A DNA stretch of 64,000 nucleotides from Atractiella rhizophila (taxonomy: Eukaryota), in the NCBI GenBank assembly GCA_021432655.1, contig MU271263.1:1-64000 (forward strand), given 5' to 3'. Position numbers and translations under genes: made by a program. This document shows, in pieces, positions 37,431-50,256 of the stretch. The stretch's first letter is position 1; each line of letters opens with the position of its first letter. The notes below the pieces were generated by a model. It saw only the letters and a program-made list of their open reading frames with translations. It had not been told where the DNA came from and did no database searches.

Positions 37431-39364
37431 GTTTTTGAAGCCTGAAGAAGAAGATGAAGAGCAGCAAGGAGCTGAGGAGGGTGGTAACGTTGAGGACGGC
37501 TGACGTCAGGGTTCAAGCGCTCAAAGCTGCGACTCATGGATAATTCGATTGCTCACTTTGGCATTCCTTTCTCATCTAACATAGATGATTGGAGTTAGCC
37601 TGCTGTGTTTCCGTAGAATATGATTTAGGAACAAATAGATTCTAAATGTGAAGGGTCTTAGGAACCGAACACGACGGCACTTGTCAATGTTGTCGCTCCA
37701 TCAGGTCCATGCTCCTCACTCTACCTCTCCATTCTTTCCTTGTTCCGCATCACTTTTGCCTTATCTCACCAATTCCAGTGGGACCATACACACATGTGTT
37801 CGAAATTCATATTTATCGTTTAATTCTCTCCAATATATGGTTGAAGGGGTGGCGTGATTGAACTTTTTGTGACAATCGACAACAAAAATGTTACAGTAGC
37901 ATTCATGAAATGAACAGCAAGGGCAGGCATCATTTGTCAGAAAAGACGTCGAATCACACCTCGATTCGGATCTGCATAGGGCCAACATTTTCTCTCCTTC
38001 TGGGGGATGCCATTTTCACCCCCTGGCCACGTACTCCCAAGGTGAAAAGTGCTTCGTTTCTATCAGTGACAATGAGCCAAAATCTTGTTTGTTCCCAGTT
38101 CTTCAGAAGTCTCAAACGGGCAATGGCAATAAATGAGATAAGGCTCGAATACTGTGCAGTGGACTGGTTCGATTTCCCAGATTCTATCTGCTGGTTCTTT
38201 GGGGTTGTAAGATGACGGGAGTTAGGTAGGTGGATCATGTTGATGGGGTGGTAATCGGACGGCAGCCTATTGCTCATTATTCTTCAGAGAGTGACACAAA
38301 GAGGTTACGATAATAAAAAGATATACGGGTAACAGATGGAGTATAGCGAGTCTTGAGGACTAATGTAGGAGGAGCACTTCAAACCTCAGATTGCTAAGTG
38401 TCAGATTTGTTATAAATTATACCGGCGCAAGAAAATGAAATCAAATGAGATTAATGAGGCTTTATACCTTCCATTATTACTTAGCGAGAGGTTAAAACTC
38501 ACCAGCATATCAAAATATACTTGAAATATGTCATGCGTGAGCTGCAGCCTTGATAGAATCAAGATTGACAAATGGAGGATAGACGCAGTGACTGCTCCCA
38601 AGAAGAGCAAGACGAGTATTAGGTGCCATATCTACACGGTCCAGTGCAAAAAGCCAAGGCGAAAAGAGAATAAAGGGTCAAGATGAACGCTGTTATGAGG
38701 TAGTTGTGGTGGGACCTTCTCTTCGTATCAGCGTACCATCAGCGGCTCCTCTCCTGAGAAATGTCCCACAGAAATGGCGAATGGGATGAAAAGACAGACT
38801 GATGTCAGCTATAGTAAATAGGGTGACGGGAAAAATCATAACATCCTCGCTTTTTCCAACGCGAATTCATCATTGGCTGAACATATTACTTGAGACCAAC
38901 AACATACAGAAATGTCTGCCACCGGATCCCAGCTCTTTTCCGGGTTCAACCCTGCACGTCTGGATCTGGGAGGTAGGCGGAGAATGGAGCACAAGCAGAA
39001 GAGGGAGGGATGGGATGTCTTGACTTCCATTGTTCTGCGGACATGGTGGAACGCCAGATGGAACGACGGGGAATGGCGACTGCATTTGACCTGGAAACTC
39101 TTGACAGTGTGAGTTGCGAGGCTAATAGTATGTTATAATGGCCGCACTGCTCGTCAATGTTCAACGTTCAACGTCCAATGTGCAGCGAACGTTCAGGGCG
39201 TCAGTGTCATCTCTGTCTCTAACCCTAACTCTGGCTCAATCTGGAGAAGGTTTGTCAGGGATTAAACATCAGCGCATCAGCGCTGTATTGCTGAATTTGT
39301 GCTCAGTCTCGATATCTTGATAGAATTATATCCAAAACAGCCCCACAAAGTGGCAGTAACCAGC

Positions 39365-42300
39365 ATGAAGGCCTTCTTTCGTTCCTCCTCCTCTCCCTCA
39401 TCCCTCCCTTCAGCCGAGTCAACTCACCCTAGCCAATCCCAGCCAACACCCTCCATCGCCCAGCTGGTCGAAGAAGAGTCCGCCTCCGAGGACGAGGGAC
39501 TCCCTCCCCCAGGCACTGAGGGTGCCAAACACGTGCGCTCGCGGTCGTCGCTCTCTTCCAGCTCCACGCTGGAGATCCCAGGACAAGACAGACACGGCAG
39601 ATTGTACCATGCTCCGTCCAGCGACTCGTTGGTCGGAAGAGGCGACGGGGCAGGCAGCAATGGCGCTGGCGGTGGGATGCTGGGTGGGTTTGCGATACCC
39701 AAGATCGGTCGGATAGGCAGCTCGACCTCGTTACGCTCCAACGCGTCCGCAACCACCACCGGCTCGTCGTCGAGTTTCGGGTTCGGCAAGTTCTCTCCCT
39801 CCTTCACCGGTGCTAAGTTGCCCGGTGGTGCTGGCGGAGGAGCGAAACCAAAGTCGTCCGCCTCCGCCTCCGCCCTCTCCCTCCTCTCCCTCTCAGCTCT
39901 CTCCCCCCTCTCCCCCACCGCCTCAGACGGCCTCCCGTCACCTACTCAGTCCAAATCTACCCTCCTATCCTCGCTCAAGGGTCTCGCACCCGAAAAATAC
40001 CTCGCTTCCCTCTCAGCCCACCCCGTGTCCGTCCGCATCGTCAATCGCACCGGTTGTGAGATCAGGTGGGGGAAGTGGCCTGTTAGGGATAGGCGGCATG
40101 GCAAGAGTAGGGTCGACATTGGAGGTGTGAAGGGAGAGTGGTGGGAGGATATTTGTAAGGGTCTCAATTGTATGACCGTCGATGAGTATGGCAAGGAGGA
40201 ATTGGAGGTCGCGAAGATGAAGGGTGTCGGGTTGACGGGCGATGGGATGTTGGGTGGGAAGAAGGCTCATTTTGGGTAAGTCGTTCGCTTTCGATTGTTA
40301 TGGGAGAACATGAGGAAGGCAGAATTGCAGCCTTGTCTGGTTACTGCTATAGTCCCTTCCACTTGAGATGGTTGGCGTGCCCTCACTTTCTGTGGCTACT
40401 TTATGTTTCAAGCTCTGCAATGGGTGAAAAATAATAGTGTTGAAGGGAGAGAGCCTAATGTCACTCGTACTTCACCCCCATGGGAAGTGCCTATACATAC
40501 AACTGCCTTATCAAACCTCTCCCAGCGAACATATGCATGATAGTTGAGAGCGGAAAGTCTTATCGCATGCGGAGAAACACATTTCGCGTCGCGAAAGTGT
40601 GCACGCCGCCTTCAGCGAGGCTGTCCAATGGCGAGAATTCACGCCAGGCTAGTATGAGCGTTAAGTGCGCAATGGTGTTGCTACATTGAGCGTACCACTG
40701 CAGTTGACGCAAAAACGGTGGTTGTTTCCTCACAGACGTTGAATGAAATCTTGGGGAATCAGTATCATTGGCAATTATGAAGCCCTGACGTTTCCCCAAG
40801 AAGGTAAAGTTGTGACGCAAGAGCTAAGAGAGACTGATGGATATTATGTTGTCAAAATTGTTTCTTGGACAAGTAGTCTGTATTGTTCATGTTGGAGGAC
40901 TTCATCATCCATCAGTCATAGTAATATAACAGAATCAGGTTTAACCCATTTTGGCCCCCGCTAACATCGACCTATTAGATGGTTGTATCTCGATTTAGTG
41001 CTTCCCAGTGGACGACTGCTCCATTTTCAAATATACCTTCGCTTACGACGACCCAGTCCTATAACGCCATCGCCAGTGCACACCGCTTCCATCGGTCGTT
41101 TCGACCTCGATTCTACGATGGAGAACCCGCAATCCTCAGGGTATTTTGATCACGCACTTTTGCTTGCAAAGGACAGCTCGGACGAGGAGCTGAAGGTAGT
41201 CTTCGTTTTGGAAGAGGGTTTGGGGAGTGAGCGTAATCGAGTGAACGACGAGACGATGCGGCAAAGCTTGTTGGTTCCTGCTAAAGGAGTGAGGATTTCG
41301 AGCTGGTGCAGTCATAAAAAGGGGACCATTAGCGTTTCAGCTGCGTGAGTTTACCACCTCAACTGGTATATGAAGCTTAAGGAACAATCAGAAAGGAAGC
41401 ACGATACCATGAGTACGATTTGTGGACAAGTGCTCGGAACCCTAACCTAGGTATGCATGTTTCTGTTATTTGCTTCCGAGCTAAAGGACGATACAGGCGT
41501 CATTGTGCATTCGAAACATGTCCTCGAGGGATTTTTGGATAGCAAGCATATTTGGATACATGTTCAACACGATGGGGACCATGTCATGGCAGGTTCGCAC
41601 ATCCTAGTCATGCCTCTACCGACAACTAAGTTATCCCTCTTGAAGATTATGTTAAAGTCAATCCTTTAACGTAGGAGTTTTCTTGGATGCCATAACGTGG
41701 CGCTGATCAAATACAGTGGTCAAGCGTAAGCGATTTCATGCGGCGGGAAGAACAGAATGTAACAAGGAGTGAAGGTCGACCAAAGGACAACTTGCGTCAA
41801 CGCTCGAAACGCCTGCGAAGATCTTGCGTGAGATCGACATGAGTATCAACTACGGATTTTCAGATGCTGGAGTGAAGAAGAGCAACCAGGTGCGAGTTTT
41901 TTGTGGTTCTCAGACTTCAGAAGTGACGGCAAAAAGGTATATGTATATGTCACGCACTTTCGAGGCAATTGGCTCGCACAGCTCATCCAAGATGATCCCA
42001 AGTGCGTCCCCTTCAAATCGTCCGCTGCAATCGTTAATGAGAGTGAAGTTGGCTCAAAGTGCCTTTCTGCAAATTAGCTCTCCCTGGTTCTCACGACTGC
42101 GGAATGTTTACCAAGTGTGCCCAATTTCTCCAATCATTTTTACGCTTATTCTGGCAATAGGCTCGATGGTGGACTGTACAATTTCATAAAGCACGGCTCC
42201 AATTCATTGGTCAAAACTGCAGCAAAGGAAGCTGCCAATGAGCAAGAAAATCGAACAGGTGATCTGTTACCGTTAGTACAATTCTTGATGGGCAGTCTCA

Positions 42301-43831
42301 AGCTCTTCAATATCGAGCCGCACCGTGTGAGTCTTGTTTTCAGGCAAGAAGTCACAAGTTGAATGGAGTACCAGGGCTATCCACAATATGGCGTAAGCCC
42401 TGCCTCTTCTTTTCTTGAAGCCGCTAAATCAGCTTTGATTTGTCAGAAATACGTGCGTGACCGCCTAATAACTACTGGCGATGCACTAACTATTATTGTT
42501 CCAGCCAAAAGGACTCAATAAAGACACAGCTGGAGCTCGGGGTAAGGTTCTTCGACATGCGCCGTATTCTTTTCTCCTTACCCACAACTTGCCTAAGCTA
42601 AGGATGTAACTTAGCTGGTTTGGTGTTTCTATGACTGCTACGACAACCAGAAGACAGTGCTCCATCATCAACACTCCATTGTACCAGGCGTCCATTACGT
42701 TCAATTCCTGGTCGATATTTTCAACTTTCTGGGTGCTTATGAGCAGGAGATTGTTTTTAGTCGAGGTATGAGCCCCCTTTGACGATTCGAATCTAGCTAA
42801 GTGGGTGTCACAGTTAAAAGATGACAGTGTGTACCTGCCCTTCGCGATACAACTTCTGACAAGCATTAGACATCATCAAGAAAGGCAATTTGATTCCTAT
42901 TTCGATGGTTCCTACCGTTGATGAACTCGAACGAGCAATGGAGGAAGCGAGGCTATCGGTCGCAGCCTCCGCACGCGCTATCAAACTTGCATCGAAAGAA
43001 GACTTGGCACGACCGATCGGGGAACTGATCAAGGAGAACAAACGGCTTTTCTTCTTCGATAGAGTACACGAAGAGGAACCGTGGCAGAGGGCTGACAGCT
43101 ACGGTGCGCCTCACGTTGTCCCCCACGTCCCTCATGTATTGACTCATTATCATGCATAGATGGAAAGGCTTACAACACTTTCAAACCTGAGCCTATCTTA
43201 GAGCGGTTGAAGGAGACGCACGCCCGATTTTCGAAATTGACGGAAGAGGATGCAGCGTCGCCCACAAAACCTCCAAGGGGGACAATTTATCAATTGTGAG
43301 TTTCCCCACCGGCTTGATTTTTTTCCTGATTCTTTGAGTAGACAAGGTATCCCGCTCTGTCCTCTTCCAATTCTCCAGAACTCACGCACATACTATCGTC
43401 AGCAACGCCGACGGCGGACATTGGGGGCTGACATTGCTGCTTCGCTCACGTACTCAGATGCCTCGTCGCTGCTCGTCTACATGAAGGTTCGTCTCTTGAG
43501 AAAGTTGCAAGGGAACAGATCGTAACTAGACCAAACTTTTAGGCAGTGATGGATCGAGAAACTTACAGCTGGATTGGCAACCACGACTTCGATGATCCTG
43601 GTACGATTCCCTTTACATCGTCGTTGGCAGCGTCTCGTAATGCTGTTATGCGTACCAGGCAATCCCGTGTTCCTGAATGATTTCGTCGACGGAGCGTTGG
43701 TCGAGCACTGCATAGAAGTCTCCAAACAGAGAGCAACAAAGCATCTCAACATCCTCGAACAAACAGAAGAAGAGGTAGCAGAGGAACGGGAGCATATGCC
43801 TCATATCGAAAGTATCAACATCGAAGGGTGA
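39365..43831 (+). CDS. Large uncharacterised multi-exon protein with Ser-rich N-terminus
   Basis: MKAFFRSSSS first exon ends at GTAAGT (~40277); series of + strand exon-sized ORFs to 43831; family not recognised, could be more than one gene. Confidence 0.5.
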
Positions 43832-44130
43832 TGGGATCATTGGTTTTTTGGGTGTCGTGTCTCATTACTACAGGAAATGCTAAAATAGGACAAGGGTCAA
43901 AGGTGCATTTGTACTTTTATCAATCCGCCTTGTTGGACAATCTCAAGTTGGTTCCGTGCCTTGCCTTTTTGGGGACCATCTCCACGCGACGATCGCTCGT
44001 GCGGCCATGCCTGCGTATTAATCTACCTCAGAATAATCGATCAGATCTGCTATACTTATTAGTTCCATCGTGGATCACGAAGTTGACCCAGAGAGTAAAA
44101 TTTCCAGAGTATAATTTTCGAAGCCACTAG

Positions 44131-45147
44131 CAAGGGGCGGCCAGAAGCTTAGGCGCTGCCTGACAAGCCTCACACTTAGGGGGTCATTTAGGGGGTCAAA
44201 CTCTATTTTCAAAAAACATTTTTTGAAAGCCCGGTCCCGAACCCCACTTTCTCGTCTCCGCCCGACCAGAGTGCGCTTCACTTTTACCTGTCATTGATGT
44301 GGTGCAAGTTCATGCAACATGTTGCTGTACTGGAGTAAAGCATTAGAAATTGTACTGTAAGCAAAAGGTGATTAAACGACCGACCCGATGCTGCCTATAA
44401 ACCGCTTCCACCTGCACCGTCATCCTCTTTTGGCTTTTCCGTCCCCTCTCTCACACTCACTGCTCCTCTCAATCCCATACCCATCGTGATCCCACGACCT
44501 CTTCCTCGTCGTGAGCCACCCCGAAGCACCTTCTCTCCCCTCAATCTCCTGAGCTCATTCTTTGTTCCCTTTCTACGCTTTTTCTCCCACTCCAGCACCT
44601 CCATAAGCATTCCCTGATATCGGTCATGAGATTGTCCTAGGCACAAGATGTTATGGCATGCATTCGGAATGGATGCAACCCGGTCTGTCTTCTCCTCACC
44701 TTTGTGAGTGTGCTGCCAATGCTCCGAGAGAGTGTAGGTCCACAGGGTGAGCTTGCAATTGCCGCCTGGGCAAGGAAAGGGGTGGTTTGTGACAGGGTTG
44801 GAGAATGGGATGGAGGCGAAGTGTAACTGATGCTGCAATCGTTCCGGATCTTGGAGCGAAGGGGGGACATTGACTACGAGGGAAGCTGGAGCAAGATGGG
44901 CTTCGAGGTTCGAAGAGCCGTCGTTCAGGATTACCGTCATTCGGATTCATAAGCGTAGTAAAAATGTCATAATAAGGTGCGTTATGGGTCGTTAAGTGTC
45001 GTTAACAAATGCTTTCAGCAGCGATATGTGAGCTTTATCTGTTGTACGAGATAGGAAATGATGTGGGGGGTCAGACCCCAAAGGCAGACACCCAAAGCCC
45101 CTCAAGATGGCTTGTTAGACTCATTTTAAAGTTCTGGCCGCCCCTTG
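44131..45147. mobile_element. Non-autonomous TIR DNA transposon (~1 kb)
   Basis: Perfect 16-bp TIR CAAGGGGCGGCCAGAA / TTCTGGCCGCCCCTTG; CCACTAG duplicated at 44124-44130 and 45148-45154; internal Cys/His ORF remnant 44395..44940 (-). Confidence 0.88.
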
Positions 45148-45646
45148 CCACTAGTAACCACAGGGGCTCGTTTCAGCTGCTGTTTATTAGCTACTTAGCT
45201 TGTCGAAGCCTCCGCGGCTTCGAGTAAAGGTCCATTGGTCGCCAGAAGTCCATTCTGATGAACACGCTGCAGAAGTTTGTAACGCTGAGCAAAACGATCA
45301 ATTTCAAATATTGAGTGTAGGCAACAAGGCCGCGAGCAGCCCAGAAGAAAAGGCGCGGCTTTAATTCGTTAAGGTCGTGAGTAAACGATGAGGTAATGAG
45401 GATGCAACTGGATATGACGGTGTAGACGTTGAAATTTTGAAACTTATCAAAGTTCCCACAGAACAATAGAACTGAACCAAACTGCAGCAGAAGGATGAGA
45501 AGAAACCAGAATACAGAACCCTTTGAATCGTCTTTGATAAATGGACTTGGGTATTTTTCGCAGTTTAATGCAAAGCAACTTGGCAAACATCAGCCAGCTA
45601 GGGGTATTGATAGAAATGGAGGTGGACGAGGCAGACAAGAAACCGA

Positions 45647-46955
45647 TTATGATCTGCCCGTGACCTCTTTGAGTCTCTTGATCCACTCCTTGACCTGCTC
45701 TCCTCCCTCCATCTCGAAGAACCACTCGTCCTCCTTCCTGGTCAGCTCTGTGCCTGTTCGGTGCAAGGCTAGCCCTGTGACCTTGAGCACTATCGTCACC
45801 CTCTTTTCGAGCTTTGTGCTCGCCCCCGGGTAATCTTCGCACACGCAAATGACGGACGAAGGCAGGATTTGGAGGCGTTCGAGTTCCGGCGAGGTGGGGG
45901 AATTGGACTTGTAGACATGTAGATGGGGAATGAGTACAGGAGGTTGGCTCGTCGACGGGGGGAGGGGAGGTGGAGCAGAGTGATAGAGATGTGCCGTGGC
46001 TTCCACAGTCGGGATTTCTGTTTGAGGAAGGATGTGGAGGAAGGATGGTATTTGATTGCTGTGTCGGAGAATCTATTGCCTGGTGTCAGCACCGGTACCA
46101 AACAGGCAACAAGACAACACACATCTCCTCGCCGCCCATCCGCTCCTTCTCGGTGCCTAAGTCTCCTAAATACTTGGCGATCCTGCCAGCGTCAGGAGCT
46201 GCGGACATATGTAAGGAATCGAGGAGGGTGCCCTCGACGGAGAGACTCCTCTTGGTCTTATGCATGTCCATTTGGGCGTAGACTCGCACGTTCCTCTGCT
46301 CTATCATCCGCTTCCTTCGCTCCATCTCGTCCTCCAAGATCAGGGCCTGGATGTTCGGCAGACTGACGGGCATGCTGGACATGCTCGCATGACTCCGTAG
46401 ACTGTGACTGCGCTCGAGACCTGACTGGACCGAGGTCCGGTTTGGAGGAATCTGTCCCTTGGAAGGGGAAGGAGGAGATGGATAGCGTGCAAGAGGAGGA
46501 CTTTGGCTCCTCGTTGACGTCGACGACGGCTGGGAGTTGCCGTTATCGTAATTGTTGTAATTGTTCAAGGCCATCAGCCGCCGACGCTCGAGGTCATGGA
46601 TGACGGAATCTCGTCCCGAGTCGTAAGAATTCCAGGACCCGTTCTCAGAGGACAAAGAACCTGAGATTGAGGGACGGGATCTCATGTTGGTGGAAGAAGT
46701 CGACCGCCGAAGCCTTCGATCGTCCTCCTCCTCCACTTCTTCTGGGATCTCAGCGATCGGTAGTTTCGAGGGCGGGAACGAGGTCGGCGGTCGCTCTTGA
46801 GCAGGCAGGGTGGTGGACCTCCCCCTAGGTTGGTAGGAGGGCCGCGCGTAGGACGACTTTGGCGGTGGGAAGAGGAGCATGTCGTGCGTGTCAGTTGTGC
46901 CGAAGTCGAGGAACGATTGGCGGAGATGTTGCGATGAACTTTTGGAGGACGACAT
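45647..46955 (-). CDS. PH-domain protein with low-complexity N-terminus (apparent 1-bp frameshift at ~45960)
   Basis: FLKQKSRLWKPRHISIT..LHVYKS..EWFFEM..EQVKEWIKRLKE is PH-like; intron ~46082-46124. Confidence 0.6.
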
Positions 46956-47239
46956 TTTATCCCCAGCTTTTCTGTGCTGCTTGATCTGATCTCTAGATGA
47001 CCCCGCCAAAAACGAAAAAGAAATGACCTTGTTGTCTGGAGCGTCGAATAAATCCTCCCCATCGATCCAACAGCATCCTCGGCCGAGATAGTTCTGTCCT
47101 CATGTATTCGGATGACGCTCGCAAGTGTCCTTCCATGCCTTTCCGAAGTCTACTCAGGACGACCCCATTCAAGGTCAATGTATTTCTCCCGACCTACGCG
47201 GCTGCTTCCTCGCGCCGACTACATCCTCCGCCAGTCCAC

Positions 47240-47450
47240 GCACCGCGAAAGAGCTGCCAATTGAGCTGATCGTATATATTCTAGTTCTTTCAGCATCAAC
47301 CGTGCTATGCAAGGTCTAGTGGTTCCCATTGACGACTTGGAGTACTGGAAATAAGTGGAAGTCGCAATGCATTGCTCTGAAGGAGTAGCCGATGTCCCAA
47401 CTCCATCCTCCTGAATCAATAATTCCTGCCAACCCCTTCCAATTCCTGTC
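47240..47450 (+). pseudogene. Possible F-box gene remnant
   Basis: KELPIELIVYILVL motif followed by stops. Confidence 0.25.
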
Positions 47451-50256
47451 ACGCATTAATAGCACACATTCATCGCATTCACCAGAACATTCAATCCCCA
47501 TCACCCAAACTGACTGATAGGACCGATCACGGGAGGAGCGGGGGTTCTCTCCTACTCCGCTCAAACTCGGACCGAAGAAATCCGAGAAGAGAGGACCGCT
47601 CCTGCCTGCGAGAACCGTCAACACTTTCATTGCTGTTTCTGACCTCCGTTGGCTTTCCTAGATCCATACTATGTTACCGTTGCTGCTGATTGCATTGGTG
47701 TGGGTGCCTGCGTGCCTACGTTTATTGACTGCACTGGTGAGACGGTGTACTGTAATTTATCTGCTCATCCACTGCTCGCCCATTTCGGGGAGAGGATCGG
47801 AACGTCGAAGTGGGCTGGGAGGACGCTCAGCTCATCTCCAACCAATCGCTGTCACCATGTCAGTCTCAGAGCCTCAAACGAGTGACAAGTCAAGGTAGGG
47901 TTAAGTGGATCCTCGTCAATTTACTGGTCCCTCGTAGCGACAGGCGCGAACGCGATGGTGGGAAAGAACGGCGCTGTGGTCGCGACCGTCCAGGCGCCAG
48001 CGTCCCAGCGTCCCGACGACCATATGGACATCTTTGTTTGACAAGGCGGTAGCGTCTTTCGCGATAATGAATCTATTGTCGTCACTATGTGTGAGAGAAG
48101 CGCTGGGAATGCGTTTCGACTTTGCCAGATAAGGATTATTTGTAAACTATGTGCCAATTATTACATACTTCTTCTGTTTCGCTGTCAGTTTTCGGATTTG
48201 TCTTTTCATTTAATGCAATTACCGTAATTAGCATGTTCTTCAAAACTGTACTTTCCCATGTCTACTCCTCCACAGCCAAAGCTTTGTCATGGGATGTCCT
48301 TGTTGCCAGCATAACCACTCTTCGTCATCATTATTGCAACATTGGTTTTAATTAATACAGCAATGTTACATAATGAATGGATCAATGCCCAGTTCTTGCT
48401 GGAGGAAGGATTTAGAGAAGGTTTCATGTCCCGATCCCACTCCTCGCATCTCGCAGAGCCAGGTTCATGCATTGCCATCATGGTGGTGGAGGGTCTGGTA
48501 AAGGTCAATGAATATCCTGGTATCAAAATTTTGATCGAGTAAATGATGCCGTTGTTCAACGTCCAACATTCAAAGAACGGAAATCAACGCCTCTACTCCA
48601 CTTTGGATCCTGACCATGACCGGGGCTGCTCACCTTACATACAGAAGGACTCAGGAGACCAGTTGACTCTCATCCCTCTCTGCCTCCGTCGCCTATCGCC
48701 CCCGCGTTGGATGCAGGGCCTCCAGTTATTAGGTGAATTTAGCATGCTCCTCCGCTTCGAATCCTACTATATCCGCAAACCTCGTCCCCGACGTTGACGT
48801 CCCTTCCCCAGCTTACAACACGGTGTTGGTGGCCGATACAGTACTGTAATGGACACTTGGACGTTTTCCAGCTGGCCCGGTGATACTGACTGTCTCTTCT
48901 TCCTCCATCTCATCCCCATAAACTCCTCTTCGCCGAAATTATCCTCGTGGTCTCCTGGTGTTAGGTTTCGAGCCCAGAGTCTCAATGTTGGTGCACTGGT
49001 CCCTCGGAGCCGCTCTCCTTTCGCACATGTGCTCTCTCCAAACAACGTCGAATTAGGCGGTGGCGAATGTCGAGGTGGGCAAATAGAAATCTGGACCTGT
49101 CACGTATGGCAAGCTCAATCGATCGATAAAAATCCAAATCTTCGAATGATCGAGTGACGAATGATCCCCAACAACTATTATGGCGAGCGTGATCGAATGA
49201 TGAATTCGCATGATCGATTCTCTCGCTCACTTGAGTTAAGTGAGTCGTGCCAGTGCTCGTGCACATGTGTCCGAACTTGGAACGATTTGAACGCCGAATC
49301 TCTCGTTGCCTTTGATGAAATCCGTTAATTTGCGCTTTGCTTTGCTTTGGCATGCTCAGAAGTCGCTTTCGAATCGTCTTCGACGTCGTTTCGCCTTTGA
49401 GCTCTAAGTAGGCTTTCTGAACGACCTTTTCTGGATCGAGCGCAAGCGAGGTTGGACCAATCTACAGGCTAGTTCTTCGTTGGCTGAATGTTGAGGTAGT
49501 GAATACTTGACAGCTCGACATTCTACGTCAACGTGCGCGGAAGGAAAGATGGATTTCGATTCCGAATGCTGGAGAGGCGATGAAAGACAGGCGAAGGAGG
49601 GCAACTGGGAAGTCAGCGGAACGCGGAGCTGGAAGTGATCAGCGGTCCTTCCATTGCATTTAGAGCCTACTGTAGGGAGGGTCTCTTTTGAGGCATATTC
49701 GAATGCATAAATGTGGTGGTAGATTCGGATCTGTGATGGGCACCTCAAACATGTCGAATCGGGAGGTTTGGATTGTGGGTCTGCCCCCTGTGACGACAGT
49801 GCCATGATGGAGTTTGTCAGATAGTCATTCTGGATAATGCCAATGTTATTCTGACCATGAGCAACTGATGGAGAAGACTTGAGACCAGGATAGTCGGCGA
49901 ACGTGTGGAGAAGAAAAGAAAAAGCGAAAAAGCGTGGAAAGAGAAACACGTGAATTTTGACGCTAGCGCGGTAATTCACTCTGTTTACGCTTCTCACGGC
50001 AGCATTCGATATCACCTCACTCACGCTCTCTACCTACGTCCAGGCTACGTCCTCGTCCAAGTGGGATAGTATCGCTCTGGGGGCATCAGTTGGAGGGTAC
50101 GATACGTCATAGCAGGGGTCACATCAACTTGAAGGGAGGTACTGTCACACACGGAGTTATCATACCACCTCGAAGGAAGATATCAAGATATTGTCGAAGG
50201 AGGAATCATTAACGAAGGAGAAGAGGAAAAGGAAAGGAGAAGAAGAGAACAGAAAT

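Noticed and set aside
39219..39230. Telomere-like TAACCCTAAC (also near 41440)
   Set aside because: Under two units; expected by chance
49404..50024. 206-aa minus-strand ORF upstream of the B56 gene
   Set aside because: Non-ATG start, no motif or supporting exon structure
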